Positions 1 to 13,258 of a DNA stretch of 64,000 nt are shown in pieces (position 1 is the first letter of the stretch; each line of letters starts with the position of its first letter). A program made the translations under genes and the position numbers. Source of the DNA: Callorhinchus milii. Lineage: Eukaryota. The stretch spans positions 114,888,001 to 114,952,000 of the forward strand of contig NW_024704742.1 in NCBI RefSeq assembly GCF_018977255.1, read 5' to 3'. The notes under the pieces are model-generated. The model was not told where the DNA came from and ran no database searches. It worked only from the letters and a program-made list of their open reading frames with translations.

Positions 1-450
1 GAACTGAGAGGTTATACCTATCAGGAAAAGCTGAACATGCTTGGACTCTTCTCTTGAAAAGAGGGTAAGGGCTGACCTGATGGAGGTCTTTAAAATGATG
101 AAAGGTTTGATAGGGTAGACATAGAGAAGATGTTTCCACTTGTGGGGAGACCAAAACCAGGAGCCATCAATATAAAATAGTTACAAATAGATCAAATAGG
201 GAAGTTAGAAGAAATCTCTTCACAAAGAGAGTATCGGGAATGTGGAACATGCTACAACGAGGAGTTGTTGAGGCAAATAGCATAGATATAATTAAGGGGA
301 AGCTAGATAGGTACATGAGGGAGAAAGGAATAGAAGGTTATGCTTGAAGGCTTGGTTGGGGAACGGCAGGAGGAGGCTCTTGTGGAGCATAAACACTGGC
401 ATAGACCAGTTGGGCCGAATGGGCTGTTTCTGTGCTGTATATTCTAATGT
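1..450 (+). mobile_element. CR1-clade LINE, 3' end fragment
   Basis: Degenerate C-terminal ORF2 sequence (gctgacctgatggaggtctttaaaatgatg = ADLMEVFKMM) and tail gggccgaatgggctgtttctgtgctgta. Confidence 0.85.
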
Positions 451-1651
451 ATTAGCTGGTTAACTCCAGCAATACCCCAAAGCACACCCTGTAGTTCCCA
501 AACCTTAACTCCTGCCAACCTGCACCTAATACTCCCTGTAATTAGGGAAGCAGTGATGAGTCCCTCCAGGGAGAGAGTGCACATTGCATTCCAACAAATA
601 TCTCTAGAATTTCCATGAATAGGTGGGATGAGCTACAGGACTCCACAACTTAGGCAGATAGAGAGGGGGCAAGACGGAGGGGTAGAGGAAAGGAAGTCCA
701 TAGATTATCTAGATAATTGTCCATTGTGCAAAATACAAATAAACAAAATAATAATCATAGTAGCTGACAAAGCGAGGTTCATGTTGAAAGGACATCTTAA
801 AACTTTCCAACGCATTGTCGGGTTTAATCATTACGATGAAACCCAAGGGCAGATGAACGATTTTCAAAAAGTCCAACTGGAACAAACCTGTATACCAAAG
901 AGTGTTCAGCCCTGCAACCAGTCGATAATTATTTCATAATTATTAGTTGATTTGATAAGCTAATTATGAAATCACAAATTTACCCCTAATAGTTTAATAT
1001 ATTGAGTAATACAATTTACATTGATATAACGACTTTCGAATCAGGAGAACATCTGAAAGCACTTACCTAGATAAACCTAGTTGAAAAGCAAAGATGGGCA
1101 AAGGTGCATCGTGTAGTGATAATAAGAACAACCTTCAACGATGCTAGAATGAGATGTGATCAATCACAAACACTAGATCTTTACCAGCTGAAACTCACAC
1201 CAGGTTTCATCACACAGAAATCACATTAAAGGATCAGGCATGTTCCAAGTTCTCACAGGCAGTTGACAAACATTAGCCATAAAGGTGATATCAACAAACG
1301 TGGGAGAGTGCTAGAGGAATCAGAGTATTTCAACATAAATATTTGACAGATTACAAGACTAGTTTGCAGGGATTCAGAAAACAATAAAGTAGCAAACAGA
1401 GATATGGGATCTTTAAGGTCCACTTGAAAAACAGGCAGAGAGGGGACCTCAGTTTAACACCTCATCTGAATGACTGCACCACCAACAATGTAGTACTGCC
1501 CCAGAATTGCACTGGAATTTCAGTCAGCCTAGACTTTAGAATAATATAATAATCCTTGCATTTGATATAGCGCTTTTCATGTCTTCTTGACGTCTCAAAG
1601 CGCTTCACAGAATAGACTGTAAAGTGAATTGACCGTATATTTGTGGGCGAA

Positions 1652-1893
1652 ATCATAGAATCATACAGCACAGAAAGAGGCCATTCGGCCCATCTTGTCT
1701 GTGCCGGCTCTTTGAAAAGAGCTATCCAAAACAAATCCCACTCCCCTGCTCTCTCCCCATAACCCTGCAAACGTATCCTCCCCAAATAATTATCTACTTC
1801 TCTCCTAAACATTATCAAATCGGCTTCCACCACCCTTTCAGGAAATCATTCCAGATCCAAACAACTTGCTGTGTGAAAAAATTTCTCCTCACC
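1652..1893 (-). mobile_element. CR1 LINE 3' end fragment, abutting a SINE 3' fragment at about 1540-1650
   Basis: Reverse complement of the 6880-7125 CR1 tail, including the (ATTCTATG)n terminus. Confidence 0.85.
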
Positions 1894-1918
1894 TCTGCCT
1901 CTTTTAACAAATATTTTT

Positions 1919-2232
1919 GTGGAGCCTGTAGCTCAGTGGTTAGAGCACTCACTTTGCAAGCGAGAGACCTGGGTTCGATTCCCAGTTGGGCGAAACCTTG
2001 GGCAAGTTTCCTTACTCCACACACCTGATAATAATCCCTCAAAAAAATAATAAATTGGTCATTTCAATCCACAACAGTTTATGGAATACTGCTGTGCGCA
2101 ATTGGCTGCCACATTTCGCCAACAAATATACAGTCAATTCACTTTATAGTCTATTACATGAAGCGCTTTGAGACTCTAGAAGATGTGAAAACCGCTATAT
2201 CAAATGCAAGGACTATTATTATTATTATTATT
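1919..2232 (+). mobile_element. tRNA-derived SINE, family A (tRNA-Ala-like head, CORE-like block, L2-type tail)
   Basis: A box TAGCTCAGTGG, B box GGTTCGATTCC, ccttgggcaagt block, (TAT)n tail; many homologous copies in the window. Confidence 0.9.
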
Positions 2233-2926
2233 AAATCGGTGTCCTCGGGTTACCAACCCATCCATCAGTAGAAATAGTTTCTCCTTGTTCACCCTATCAA
2301 ATACCCTCATAATTGTGAAATTGAAATATGCTACCGCTAATCTTTTCTCATACAATCTCTCTGCCCCTCTTATTTCTTTTTTCAGTTCCTTTTCAGTTCT
2401 TGAGCAAAGGTACAGTCAAAGATTCACTTTTGATCCAAAGGCATTGCAGGATCAGATCTTATCATTCAATTCCAGCTGGGATTTCTATTGTGAAAATCCG
2501 GATGAAAATCCAGACGGAATTTGTACCAGAAACTACTGAAATCAAATGTGCTGAGTAACAAAGGGAGTGGATTATTGGTCACAGCACTGTACTGTTGATG
2601 CAACAGTGTAACTGTATCTGTTACTCTAACAGGATTAAATTTATGTCTGACAAACCAAAATTTTTATTCGTATTTTTTTCCCTATGAAACGAACCATCTC
2701 CTGAATTAATCAGCTCAGGAATTTGAATCTTTTTAAGGTATGCATTCTGCAAAATGATCATCTCAAATATAATCTGTGTTGCAACATCCACACAAAACAG
2801 TGTCACATTTCAATCAGTGATTCAGTAGAGTGTGGGTAAATATTCTGACTGCTGTGAAATATCGTTGAACGTGCCGAGAGATAAATCATTCTGCTGCACA
2901 ATCCCTTTGAGAAATTCAGTTCATAC

Positions 2927-3084
2927 CTCGTGTAAATACTGTCCACAATGCCAATCACAGCCTCCTCTGCAGGGACATACGACCCAATTTGCGCCATGAT
3001 GGTGATCAAGGCCACCTGTCGGATGTAAGAACTCTTTCCTCCCATGTTAGGTCCAGTAATTACCATCACTCTCTGGCCATCTCC
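2927..3084 (-). CDS. MSH3: MSH3 exon 20 (158 nt), ATPase Walker A
   Basis: [53 protein letters not shown]; ttttcag| and |gtatga sites. Confidence 0.98.
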
Positions 3085-3139
3085 CTGAAAAAGAACAAGA
3101 AGATCAGTGCACAATCCGGCGGACACTCTCACCAGATTT

Positions 3140-3377
3140 AAGCGCTTTCAGGACATTTCTGGAACTCCATTCTGTAGTCCCTCTGCCTCACCCCCTCCCT
3201 CACCATCTTCAAGATCCATCTCAAGACCCTCCTTTTCGACTGTGCTTTCGATCTCCCTGCTTCCCCCCCTGCCCTCCACCCTCTCCCACCCCGAACCCCA
3301 GCTGTCTGTCTGTCCAGCGCCTTGGGACATCCTCCCGACGTGAAAGGCACTATACAAATGTAATTTTGTTGTTGTTA
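3140..3377 (+). mobile_element. L2 LINE 3' fragment
   Basis: tggaactccatt...ctcaagaccctccttttcgac, stem-loop tail and (GTT)n end. Confidence 0.85.
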
Positions 3378-4084
3378 CATAGCTTGTATCTTGTCACAGG
3401 TGACTAACCTACGTTTTCAGTGTAGTGCGCATAGATGGAGGATATGAATCCCAAACCACTGATCAACGAGAAGAGTAATTCACTGCGACAGAGGTAAACC
3501 TGACGAGCAATTTAAGTACATGGGAAAATCTGAACTCACACCCACAAAAAGAATGATGAACAAGCCTCACATTTCATATAACACCTTTTACGTTGGGAAG
3601 ACTTCTCAAAGCGTTTCACAGGATTAACAGGACTGGTGTATTTTGTAGGCAAACACAGCAGCCAATTTGCGCACGGCAATGTCCCAAATAAAAGTGGTCA
3701 TTCACTTCATGGCTGTCCCATAAACAGCCATGAAGTGAATAACCAATTATATTTGGGAAATTGTTTGCCAGCAAATTAGGTCCCCGTGACCTCTGGGCAT
3801 CAGCAGGGCTTACACGATATGTGACAATGCCAATTACGTGAAATATTTCAGATACTTCATGGAGATTAAACTGAAGACGACGACTACAACAGCAAGCATT
3901 TATATGGCGTTCTTCACTTGGGGTAGCATCCCGGAGCGAAGAGACACAGCGCTGTGTGTAAGGAGGCAAAGTTTTACAGTAATGTGACTATAACTAGTCT
4001 CCAGTCCCATTACTTTAGATCCCATTTCAAATTAAAATGACCACAATCGTTGAATGAAAAATGGAGAGACAGATAATAATATTA

Positions 4085-4598
4085 ATACAATACAAAATTA
4101 CATTTGTGTAGTGCTTTTCATGTCGAGAGGATATCCAAAGGCACTGGACAGTCAAGGATTTGGACCCAAGCTGTGGGTTGGGATCGGGGAGGGTGGAGGG
4201 CAGGGAGGGTGGCCGAAGGCACGGTCGAAGAGGAGGGTTTTGAGATGAGTCTTGAAAGAGGCAAAGGAATGTGGGATGGACTTCCAAAGGATGGGGACAG
4301 AAAGGCTGAAGGCCCGATCACTGATGGTGGGGCCGAGGATGTGGAGCAGGCCATGGCCTGCTGAGCGGAGGGAGCAGATAGATTAATCTGGGGTCAGCAG
4401 GTCACAGAGGTAGGAAGGTCGTTGAGGGCCTTGAAGGCTAGGACAAGGATTTTGAACTCTATCCTCTGAGGGATGGGGAGCCAGTGGAGCCGGGTGAGGG
4501 TGGGGGTGATGGGGTCACAGAGACTGGTACGGGAGAGGACACGAGCTGCAGAGTTCTGGATGATCTGCAGCTTGTGGAGGGAAGAGTTGGGGAGGGGA
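4085..4598 (-). mobile_element. L2 LINE 3' fragment
   Basis: ORF 4394-4813 contains KLQIIQNSAARVL...LHWLPIPQRIEFKILVLAFKAL, typical of the L2 ORF2 C-terminus. Confidence 0.92.
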
Positions 4599-6354
4599 AC
4601 TAATCCTTGCATGTGATATAGCGACTTATCACGTCTTTGAGACAGCTCAAAGCGCTTCACAGAACTAACTGTAAAGTGAATTGACTGTATATCTTGTGGG
4701 CAAAAGATGGATACATTTGGAAAGTAAGGGTTTAAACGATATGGAGGAACAGCAAAGATGTGGGAATAAAAAGATAAAGAGCTGTCACAAAGTAATAGTA
4801 AATAACAAAGCACAATAGTCTATTCCCGTGGATCAATTTACATTTAGTGTGTGGTACTGACCATATTTCAATGTAACTTTGTAAATAACAAGGCTAGACG
4901 ATTCTTACGATGTAAATCACACTAAAATCGACTCATCATGTACTCTCCACACATTAACCAGTAGGTGCATTCACTCGTTCAAATTGATTACTACAGCAAA
5001 GTGTCAGACCGTTCGTTGCAGTTAGAAATAAAAAGGATGTTGTACCACGAGCAGAGGAGAAAGACAAATTGTTGCCACCCACATAGCTAAATAAAGTTAG
5101 GCTACCCAGATTAGGAATAGTCACAGAAAAGTTTTGCTTTAAGATCTTTTGTTTGTACAGTAGTAGCCTCTTGTATAAGACTTGTGGCAAGAGATCATGT
5201 TGGGTCCTCTTCACTGGAATATCCTGCAAACTTATACAGCAAAAAGGAATCATTTTCAACATTTTAAACTAGGGTCTAAAATGTAAGGTCCGAAAATCAA
5301 AGTCAAAATTACAATAATGATAACCTTATATTTGATATAGCACCTTTTACACTGGGAGCACGTCTCAAAGCACATCACAGGAAATACTGTAAAGCGGAAG
5401 GACTGTGTGCTTTCTGGGTAAACACAGCAGCCAATCTGCGTAGTTTAATGCAATTACCCAATTAACAAACATTGCACCTTAGAGCCCAAAGTTCAAGTGT
5501 TTCAGGTCGGAGGCAGACACGTTGCAGTAGGAGGATGGGGATTACACAAACAGAGAATGAACTAGATTCAAGAACTAATAAAGACCACACCATCTCTGCC
5601 CTGACCACTTCAACTACAAACTTCTTGCTCTCACTCGCCTCTCCAAAACTTCCTTAACGTGCTGGACAATAAAAGTTCCACTATATTGGAATCAATTTTG
5701 AGCAACTCACCTCCAGCATGACCAAATGTATTGGGCAGGATTTAGAGAACAGTGACATGAGCAATTATGGGACTTAAGGTTTAAAATTGTAGAAATGGGC
5801 TTGTTTCATTAGCAAAAAGAGTCTCGGGTCTTTAAAATAATGGAATATAGAGTGGAATAAGCTACTTAAAGCTGAACTTTGTCAGGGAGCTATCGTGTAC
5901 AATGGATGAGCCCTTAGATATTAGAAGAAATGCGTCTGTTACAAGTGTGGCAGATACTAATGCTAATTGACCAAGGAGTTAGATGAATATCTGGTGAACT
6001 GCAAGACTGGAGGTGATGAAGATTTAATAAAAACACATAGATAATCAAATACTCAAAGGAACACCATGGTCCCAGACTTCCTGGTACCTGATCATTTCTG
6101 GAACTCTGATCTGGATAACGGAAATTGTTATGTTCGAATGATAACTTTGAGACTTTTCTTGATTACATTTGAAGACTTGGTTTGACTGAGATTTATCTTC
6201 TCAGAGGTTGCCTGTGGTTATTCACATTTGAGGATATTCCACTACACATGCTAGTCCGCTAGGACACAAGCAAGCCCCTCGAGAATGGGAAGTCAGAGCT
6301 GACTGCCTGCTCAAGTCAATGACAGGGCACGTGGGTTAAACCAATTTAAAAAAT

Positions 6355-7125
6355 AGGATTAAAAATTTTGGGAGAAAGAATGAGGAGAAGCTGTATAAGC
6401 TAGATGGTACAATCTTAAAGGGGATGAAGGAACAGAGAGACCCGTGGGTTCATATAAGCAAATCTTTGAAAGTTGGCAGGACAGGTAGATAAAGCTGTCA
6501 AGAAAGCATACGGGATACTAGGCTTTATAAATAGGGGCATAGAATACAAAAGCCAGGAAGTTATGATGAACCTTTATAAAACACTGGTTAGGCCTCAGAT
6601 AGAGTACTGTGTTCAGTTCTGGGCCCCACACTTTAGGAAGAATGTCAAGGCATTGGAGAGAATGCAAAGGAGATTTACCAGAATAGTACCAGGAATGAGG
6701 GACTTCAGTTATGAGGACAGCCTGGAGAAGCTAGGATTATTCTCCTTGGAGCAGAGAACATTAAGAGGAGACTTAATAGAAGTTTTCAAAATTATGAGGG
6801 GATTCGACAGGGTGAACAAGAAGAAACTATTTCCATTGGCGGGTGGGTTAAAATAGTTGTTAAAAGAAACAGAGGAGAAATTTTTTCACACAGCGAGTTG
6901 TTTGGATCTGGAATGCATTGCCTGAACCTGAATTGGTGGTGGAAGCTAATTCGATAACAACTTTTAAGAGAGAAGTAGATAATTATTTGGGGAGGACAAG
7001 TTTGCAGGGTTATGAGGAGAGAGCAGGAGAGTGGGATTGATTTGGATAGCTCTTTTCAAAGTGCTGGCACAGACACGATGGGCCGAATGGCCTCCTTCTG
7101 TGCTGTATAATTCTATGATTCTATA
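6355..7125 (+). mobile_element. CR1 LINE 3' portion
   Basis: ORF 6473-6856 YKTLVRPQIEYCVQFWAPH...RGDLIEVFKIMRG; tail ending attctatgattctat. Confidence 0.95.
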
Positions 7126-8571
7126 AGAAAGGTATAATTTGGACACTTATTGATATAAAAATGTTCCTCTATTGCCAGTTTTCGGTCACGTTAAGTGGAG
7201 GAGCTGCCTAACTCATTTTGGTTGGACCGTAAAGATCCTATGAGACTATTCGGAAAGGGGAGGGAGTTTGACCTAGTGCCTTAGCTGGGCGGTGGGGGTG
7301 GGGGGCGTGGTGTGTTGGTGCAAAATGGATAATGAGTTCCCAGTCAAATATAGTCACCACACTTTACAGTGATTGCCTGTGAATTACCTTGAGACATTTC
7401 ATTTCAGTAAAGCACAATGGAAATGGAAGTTCTTGTTTTTCTTCTGACTCTTCAAAGCTACCCATGTCACTTATGTGACTGTAAGCATAAAGGAAGCCCA
7501 AATATTCCAGTATAACATAGCACAAGTCAGTGTGAAGAAGAGCTAGCAATAATGAAAGGAAAACTTCACCACTGGGGATTAATTCCCTTTGAGCACTTTA
7601 CTTGGAACAGTAAAATTCATTTTCGATTGCAAAAGCTTTGATATTACAATCGTGCTTTGTTTTAAAATTCATTGTTTATCGATATTATGCACTGTGTTTG
7701 CTAAGTTGTAATCCATATGACTTGGTGCATTCAACTAAGATTTGATAAAATTTTAATGTGCCACATAATTTTGCATATCATGGGGGTGTCAACCGAAGAG
7801 ATATCGGCGGTTTGAATCAGGTAGCAACCCTTCTCAATGGTGTGCGCTGAAGCCAAATTGCTGCCAATTACAATCATCATGGAGAACTCTGAATACTAAT
7901 GAAATTATATTTCAGGAAAGGCTGACTTGACTCCATATTGCCAGTCATTACCTTTGTGCAGGGCTATTTGTTTAAATGCACCATTGGTGCTCAAAAGGAC
8001 AGACCAGGCCAGGGCTAAGAATTGAACCTGGAATTGAACCCAGGTGTCTCGCTTGTGAGGTGAGTGCTCTTACCACTGAGCTGCAGGACTCCACATACAT
8101 TTTGATCTTTAATCTCTGAACCATGATCTGAATGTCCTTGTTTAAAAGTAATGTCCTATTTTACAATCTTCTCAGCTTCTTTTATAAGTCAAGAAACATT
8201 GATCCAGGCAATGGACCTCTTTACTTTAATAACCTGGGCAATTGCGATGTAAATGGGTGCCAGAAATACACCCAGGCATTTTGTTTATCCTATATTTTTA
8301 GCCATTAAAACTATACCTCTCGCCATCATTTCTATACTTGTTTGTGGTTCAAAACTGCCAGGCTTCCTGAATGTTGGATCATTGTCCAGGATTGAACCAT
8401 GCAGACATTTTATTTGGGTTGTTCAGCCGGCAATGGCATCCCATCGAGATCAATGACCATGATAATTTGACCAGCTCTTGGTATGATTTGTGAACCTCTG
8501 CTGCAGCAAGTAATGTGAGCAGCTCTCCCAACTGCAAACGCAAAATGAGGCAATAGAAACTGTTTACTCAC

Positions 8572-8686
8572 GTGTAGGTCAGTGTTGTTTGGAACATACT
8601 GCTCCTGTTCTGCCAGGAGTATATCAATCACGGGGTGCCTGCCAGTCCTGATCACAAGCTGTCTCTCCTCTTCCAGTACAATCGGC
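8572..8686 (-). CDS. MSH3: MSH3 exon 19 (115 nt)
   Basis: [39 protein letters not shown] (MutS GRHP motif); gtacag| and |gtgagt sites. Confidence 0.97.
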
Positions 8687-8905
8687 CTGTACAATTAAAT
8701 GCATTATTTAATACTTTGATGAAATATGCTTATTCCTGCTATATATCCTGAACCATCAAGATCACAGCCCAACAATGCGATTCTCCACTCTTTGTTTTGG
8801 AGTTTTGTTTGTTATTGTTCTTATCAGGTTGGAGGTCAACAAGGTTTAGTATTAAATAGTTGACCAAAAATAGCACTGATCAGTTGCAGCCTTGATGGTG
8901 GAGAG

Positions 8906-9691
8906 CAGGGTTTCTCAACCTGTGATCACAACCCAAAATTTCATCACCAGAATGCATCAAAGGGTTGCAAACAGATTTAGAAAATGTAATAATTTTACAA
9001 TCTTTTAAAAATGAATGCCACTAGTGTTACACTGCATGTTAATGATGTGAATGAGCTGCTACCACGAGAACAGCAACCGCAAGAACTGCAGGTTCTAAAT
9101 CCTTGATGTTCGACAACAACCGGGGACTGTCATGGCCGATAGTTACAAAGGCCATTCGTTAGATTAATATGAACAGCATAGCAATTGTTGTGCAACGTTG
9201 AGAATTTAGAACCTGCCGTTCTTGCAGAAGCTGTGTAATAAAGTTATTTAAACAGCAGCAAGTGCCAGCCACTAGGCCAGTCAAATCTGACGTTCCATCA
9301 TTTTACTATTTTACTGTCATCGTGCAGTGGGCAGTTTGAAGTGTGTTTTAATCAGAGAAGCGAGTCTTGTCATCAGTAAAATGGAGAAATTCCTAAAATG
9401 GTCTTTTGCATGTAGCAGTGATAGTGGGAAATTCTTTTACCCTAAACTTTAATAAATTCATCAAGCTCAGATTTCTGATTAAGTGGAACTTAGGCTTTAT
9501 AAAACAAATACTTAAGTATTATATTTTAATATGCTGCATTTAGTGCTTATTGTATTCAGTGTATACTATATATCATGGATAAGAAATATTAGTAAATCAT
9601 GTGTTTTTTGCACTAAAGGCATTTACCATGTCGTGACAGTCTATCAAGGTTTACCGATAGGGCCTGAAACCAAAAAGGTTGAGAGCCACTG
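8906..9691 (+). mobile_element. Non-autonomous hAT (Charlie/Buster-like) DNA transposon
   Basis: TIRs CAGGGTTTCTCAACCT and AGGTTGAGAGCCACTG (13/16 match); flanking 8-mers GTGGAGAG and GTGTAGAG as TSD. Confidence 0.85.
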
Positions 9692-9831
9692 GTGTAGAGG
9701 ATACAGGTGCACCTTATGGATTTGGAGTTTGGTGGTTCGAATTCTGGTCCTTGCTGAGATTGCTGGTGTCAGCCATGGGTGGAATAGGAGGGCTAAATGT
9801 GTCCCAGCCTTAATAATAATCTTATTGTAAG

Positions 9832-10175
9832 AATAATATTCCTTCCATTTGATATAATACCTTCATGTTAGGAGGATATCTCAAAGCGCTTCAAAGGATT
9901 TACTGTAAAGTGTAACGACGCTGTATTTTTGTAGGCGAACATAACAACCAAATTGCACACAGGACAGCCACATTTAATAACCTATTTTATTTGGGGGATT
10001 GTTGGTCAGGACACTGGGAGAAATTCCCTTCTTTTTTCAAATAATACTATAGGATCTTTAACATCCACCTGAACAGACAGACGACCCCTCAATATAAAGT
10101 CTCATCCAAAGGATAACACCTCCAACAATACACTGACAGCCATTGAGTTCAAAGTTCCGACTTGGGGCTTTAACC
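9832..10175 (-). mobile_element. Deu-domain SINE, family B (SacSINE1/AmnSINE1-like)
   Basis: Reverse complement contains ctgttcaggtggatgttaaagatcc...gtgtcctgacc, the Deu-domain signature, and the shared tail. Confidence 0.8.
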
Positions 10176-13150
10176 TACAATTCGCATGCAGAAGCGAGAG
10201 TACAAGTCAATAGGATGAGAGAGGGGAAAATCCACACATAGTTAGGGAGGGGAAAATCAGACATGGAACCTGCTCCTGGTCCCTCTACAGAATCCACTAC
10301 AGTTTCTAAATGTGGGAAGAGATTAGCTTCAGCTATAATGTCTTCCACAGTCAAGTGGCCAGCCAACATTACCGAAGCTCACACATGAACAATGCCCACT
10401 GCGGGGTACCAGAGGGGTAGAAAATAGCACTGATCAACAGTAATACAAAGCTCTGATCAATACACTACAGTACTAACACATAGTACTCCCATCTTATCAT
10501 ACAAGACATACACACATTGTTCACCCCCAGATCTTATACCATATACAGGGGGTCAATTTCACACACTGTTCTTCTTAACAGATTACCTAACTAAGAAATC
10601 TATGGGGGAATTCCTTCTGGTAACAAGATGCACATCAACAAATCACTCTGACTCAACAGAAACCCTCTCAAAAACCAGATTCGTTGGAGTGCTATTTCCG
10701 CAAATTAGCAACACAAACATCCGGATTAAGAAATACATCAAGTACTGCCACTTAATTTGAAGTAAATTTAATAGATTGAATAAAGCAAGAGCTAGACGCA
10801 TGAAAAGTTGCTTGACTCACTGGTAGGACCACTGGACAATGTAACCTTTCTGCACAAAGTGCTTGTCACTTCAGGTTAACTCATTTCTCTAATTTTCACT
10901 ATTTGTGTTTTGTTGTCTGGAGAAAAAGTATCCCCTTTAATCTCAAGCTTAAACTTCAGTACACAGTGTCATGGCGCTGATGCCCTCCTATAGATTCTAC
11001 CCAGCAAATGGAATATGACAGGGCTAAAGTCTCAGAAAGCGACTCAGATGCTGGTAGAACTTTTGCTTTTATTCCACCAGCTTTAACCAAGTGAACAAGT
11101 AACATTTTCTCTTTAGATAAATGCTTAAAAGCAAATGTATTTCTTTCTGATGCATCAGTCAGTAGCTGGTACTTTAAAAGCTTGGGAAACTGCTTAATAT
11201 ATCGCAAATAATTGAATCATTCCAGAGTGGCTTAAAATTGTCCTGGATCTCTTGATGCAGAAAAATCAGTGAGCTGAAAGTGGACTGAATTCCTTACAAC
11301 ACCAAAGATGTCAAGCTAACCGAATGCAGTGATGTTAGAGGAACTAGAACCGAACCTTACATGCATGCTGTTTAACTTATTTAAACATTAAAATATAGAT
11401 ATAATTGAACTTATTGCTATTTAATTCATTTTAAGGCAACAACAACTTGCCCTTCACCCTGGATAGCGTCCTGGAGCTCTTGTCTCTGCATTAATACATT
11501 TGAGAGGAAACAATGCATATACAAGAAAGAATGGAATGGAGGGGTATGGAAGAGACGAGGGAGGGAGGATAAGGATGGAAGGAGGCTCCTTTGGAGCATA
11601 AACACTAGCATGAACTAGTTGGGCCGAATGCCCTGTTTTGGTGCCACTCGTTCCAATTTTAGGGCAAGTTCCCCCCACCCACCACTGGGAAAAACAAAAG
11701 ACCTCAGAGCCAAATCAGTAGAAAAAAGGTAGTGAAGTGAGCTCCAGGAGAGGGCCAGCTATCAGCATCACCTACAAGGGAATACTGCTCAATAACTCAA
11801 TTGGATTGCTTAAGTTCTTGTACCATCCAATGAATGGGCTGAGAGCTTTAAGTGGCAACAATCGAGCGACCCCAATGTAATTCACATCCTCCACTCTTTT
11901 ACTGTACAGGTGAGAATCCTACTGCTCGACACCATTTCCACTAAAATGGTTTTATTCTGAACACACCCCACGTTTGGTGGAGAACTGCTAAAACGATGGT
12001 AATTTGCTGCTATGTGCATTTGGCATATTAGACAATTAGTGTAAATCCAATGGAAAAGTAAATCCAATGGAAAACGTTTCCATGCCCCAAACTAGTATCT
12101 TATTACACTACAGCAACCCCCCCCCCCACACACATCAAACGCCTCCAGGTGATCCATCACTACTTTTTCACCCACAAAATATACAGTTAATTCACTTTAT
12201 AGTATATTCTGTGCAGCGCTTTGAGATGTCTCGAAGCCATGATAAAGAGCTGTATCAAATGCAAGGATTATTATTTATTATTACTACTCCCTCTAACATC
12301 ATCCTAAAATATCAATCAATTTCTTGTTTTATTTCCTATTTCCCTGCCTGCGTTATATTTAAATAACAAACCAAGAAATTTCCCCTGATGCCATTCCTGC
12401 ACAATTCGTCACTGTTTGATTTTCAAAGTATCCATATTCACTCGTAAAAGGATTATATCTGACCCTTGGATGTATAGTATGATGCTCGTTAATCCTCACC
12501 GCCTTCTCTTCTTTAGTTTTAGGATATTAACGTCCCAATACTATAATCACAACAGTTGCAATGACCTATTTGCACAGCCAGCCATACAATTACCTATATT
12601 CATGAACGATTAAGTATAATATGAAGCTTTGTGATCTCATTGTCAACCTGCAATTGCTTCCCTCCCGGTGACCTTGTGAAATAATATACTATTAACAAGG
12701 GATGTTCAACCATCAGAGTCACGCATGAACAGCATGCATTGAGAATCATACCATAAGCAGATATGTTGATTCACTGATAAGAATATATAGAGCAGAAACT
12801 CAGCTTGCACGGTTTCAGTACAGACCAACAGTCTCCCCAGAAATAACTGGTCATTCACGACATGGCTGTTTGTGGGACCTAGCTGTGTGCAAATTGGATG
12901 TTGTGCTTCCCTACAAATAAAGTCACTACACAGTGCAGTAAATCCTGTGAAGCGCTTTGAAAAGTTTTGTCGACATGATAAGGCGTTATATCAAGGTTTA
13001 TCGTTGTAATTAGTCTGGAAGAAAGGATCCAAGTAGCCAACAGATGCCAGACAGAGACAAATACCGCAGAATCAGAGCAGAAACAGAAGGAACTCTGAAC
13101 AGCAGGCAAGAGACCGGATAATAAAAACATTCTTTATTAATTATTATTAC

Positions 13151-13258
13151 CTGCAATATCCTCCTTGCTTGGCAACTGCTGCCAATGAGAAGATGCAGTC
13201 AATGGTTGCCAGGTGACTGGTTGCCTTTCGTATTGCATGATAATGCTCGCCAAACTGA
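13151..13258 (-). CDS. MSH3: MSH3 exon 18 (108 nt)
   Basis: [35 protein letters not shown]; attcag| and |gtaata sites. Confidence 0.96.

Noticed and set aside
1919..1995. tRNA-Ala(TGC) gene
   Set aside because: A/B boxes and the anticodon arm are present, but there is no proper acceptor stem and it continues into a SINE body found in many copies.
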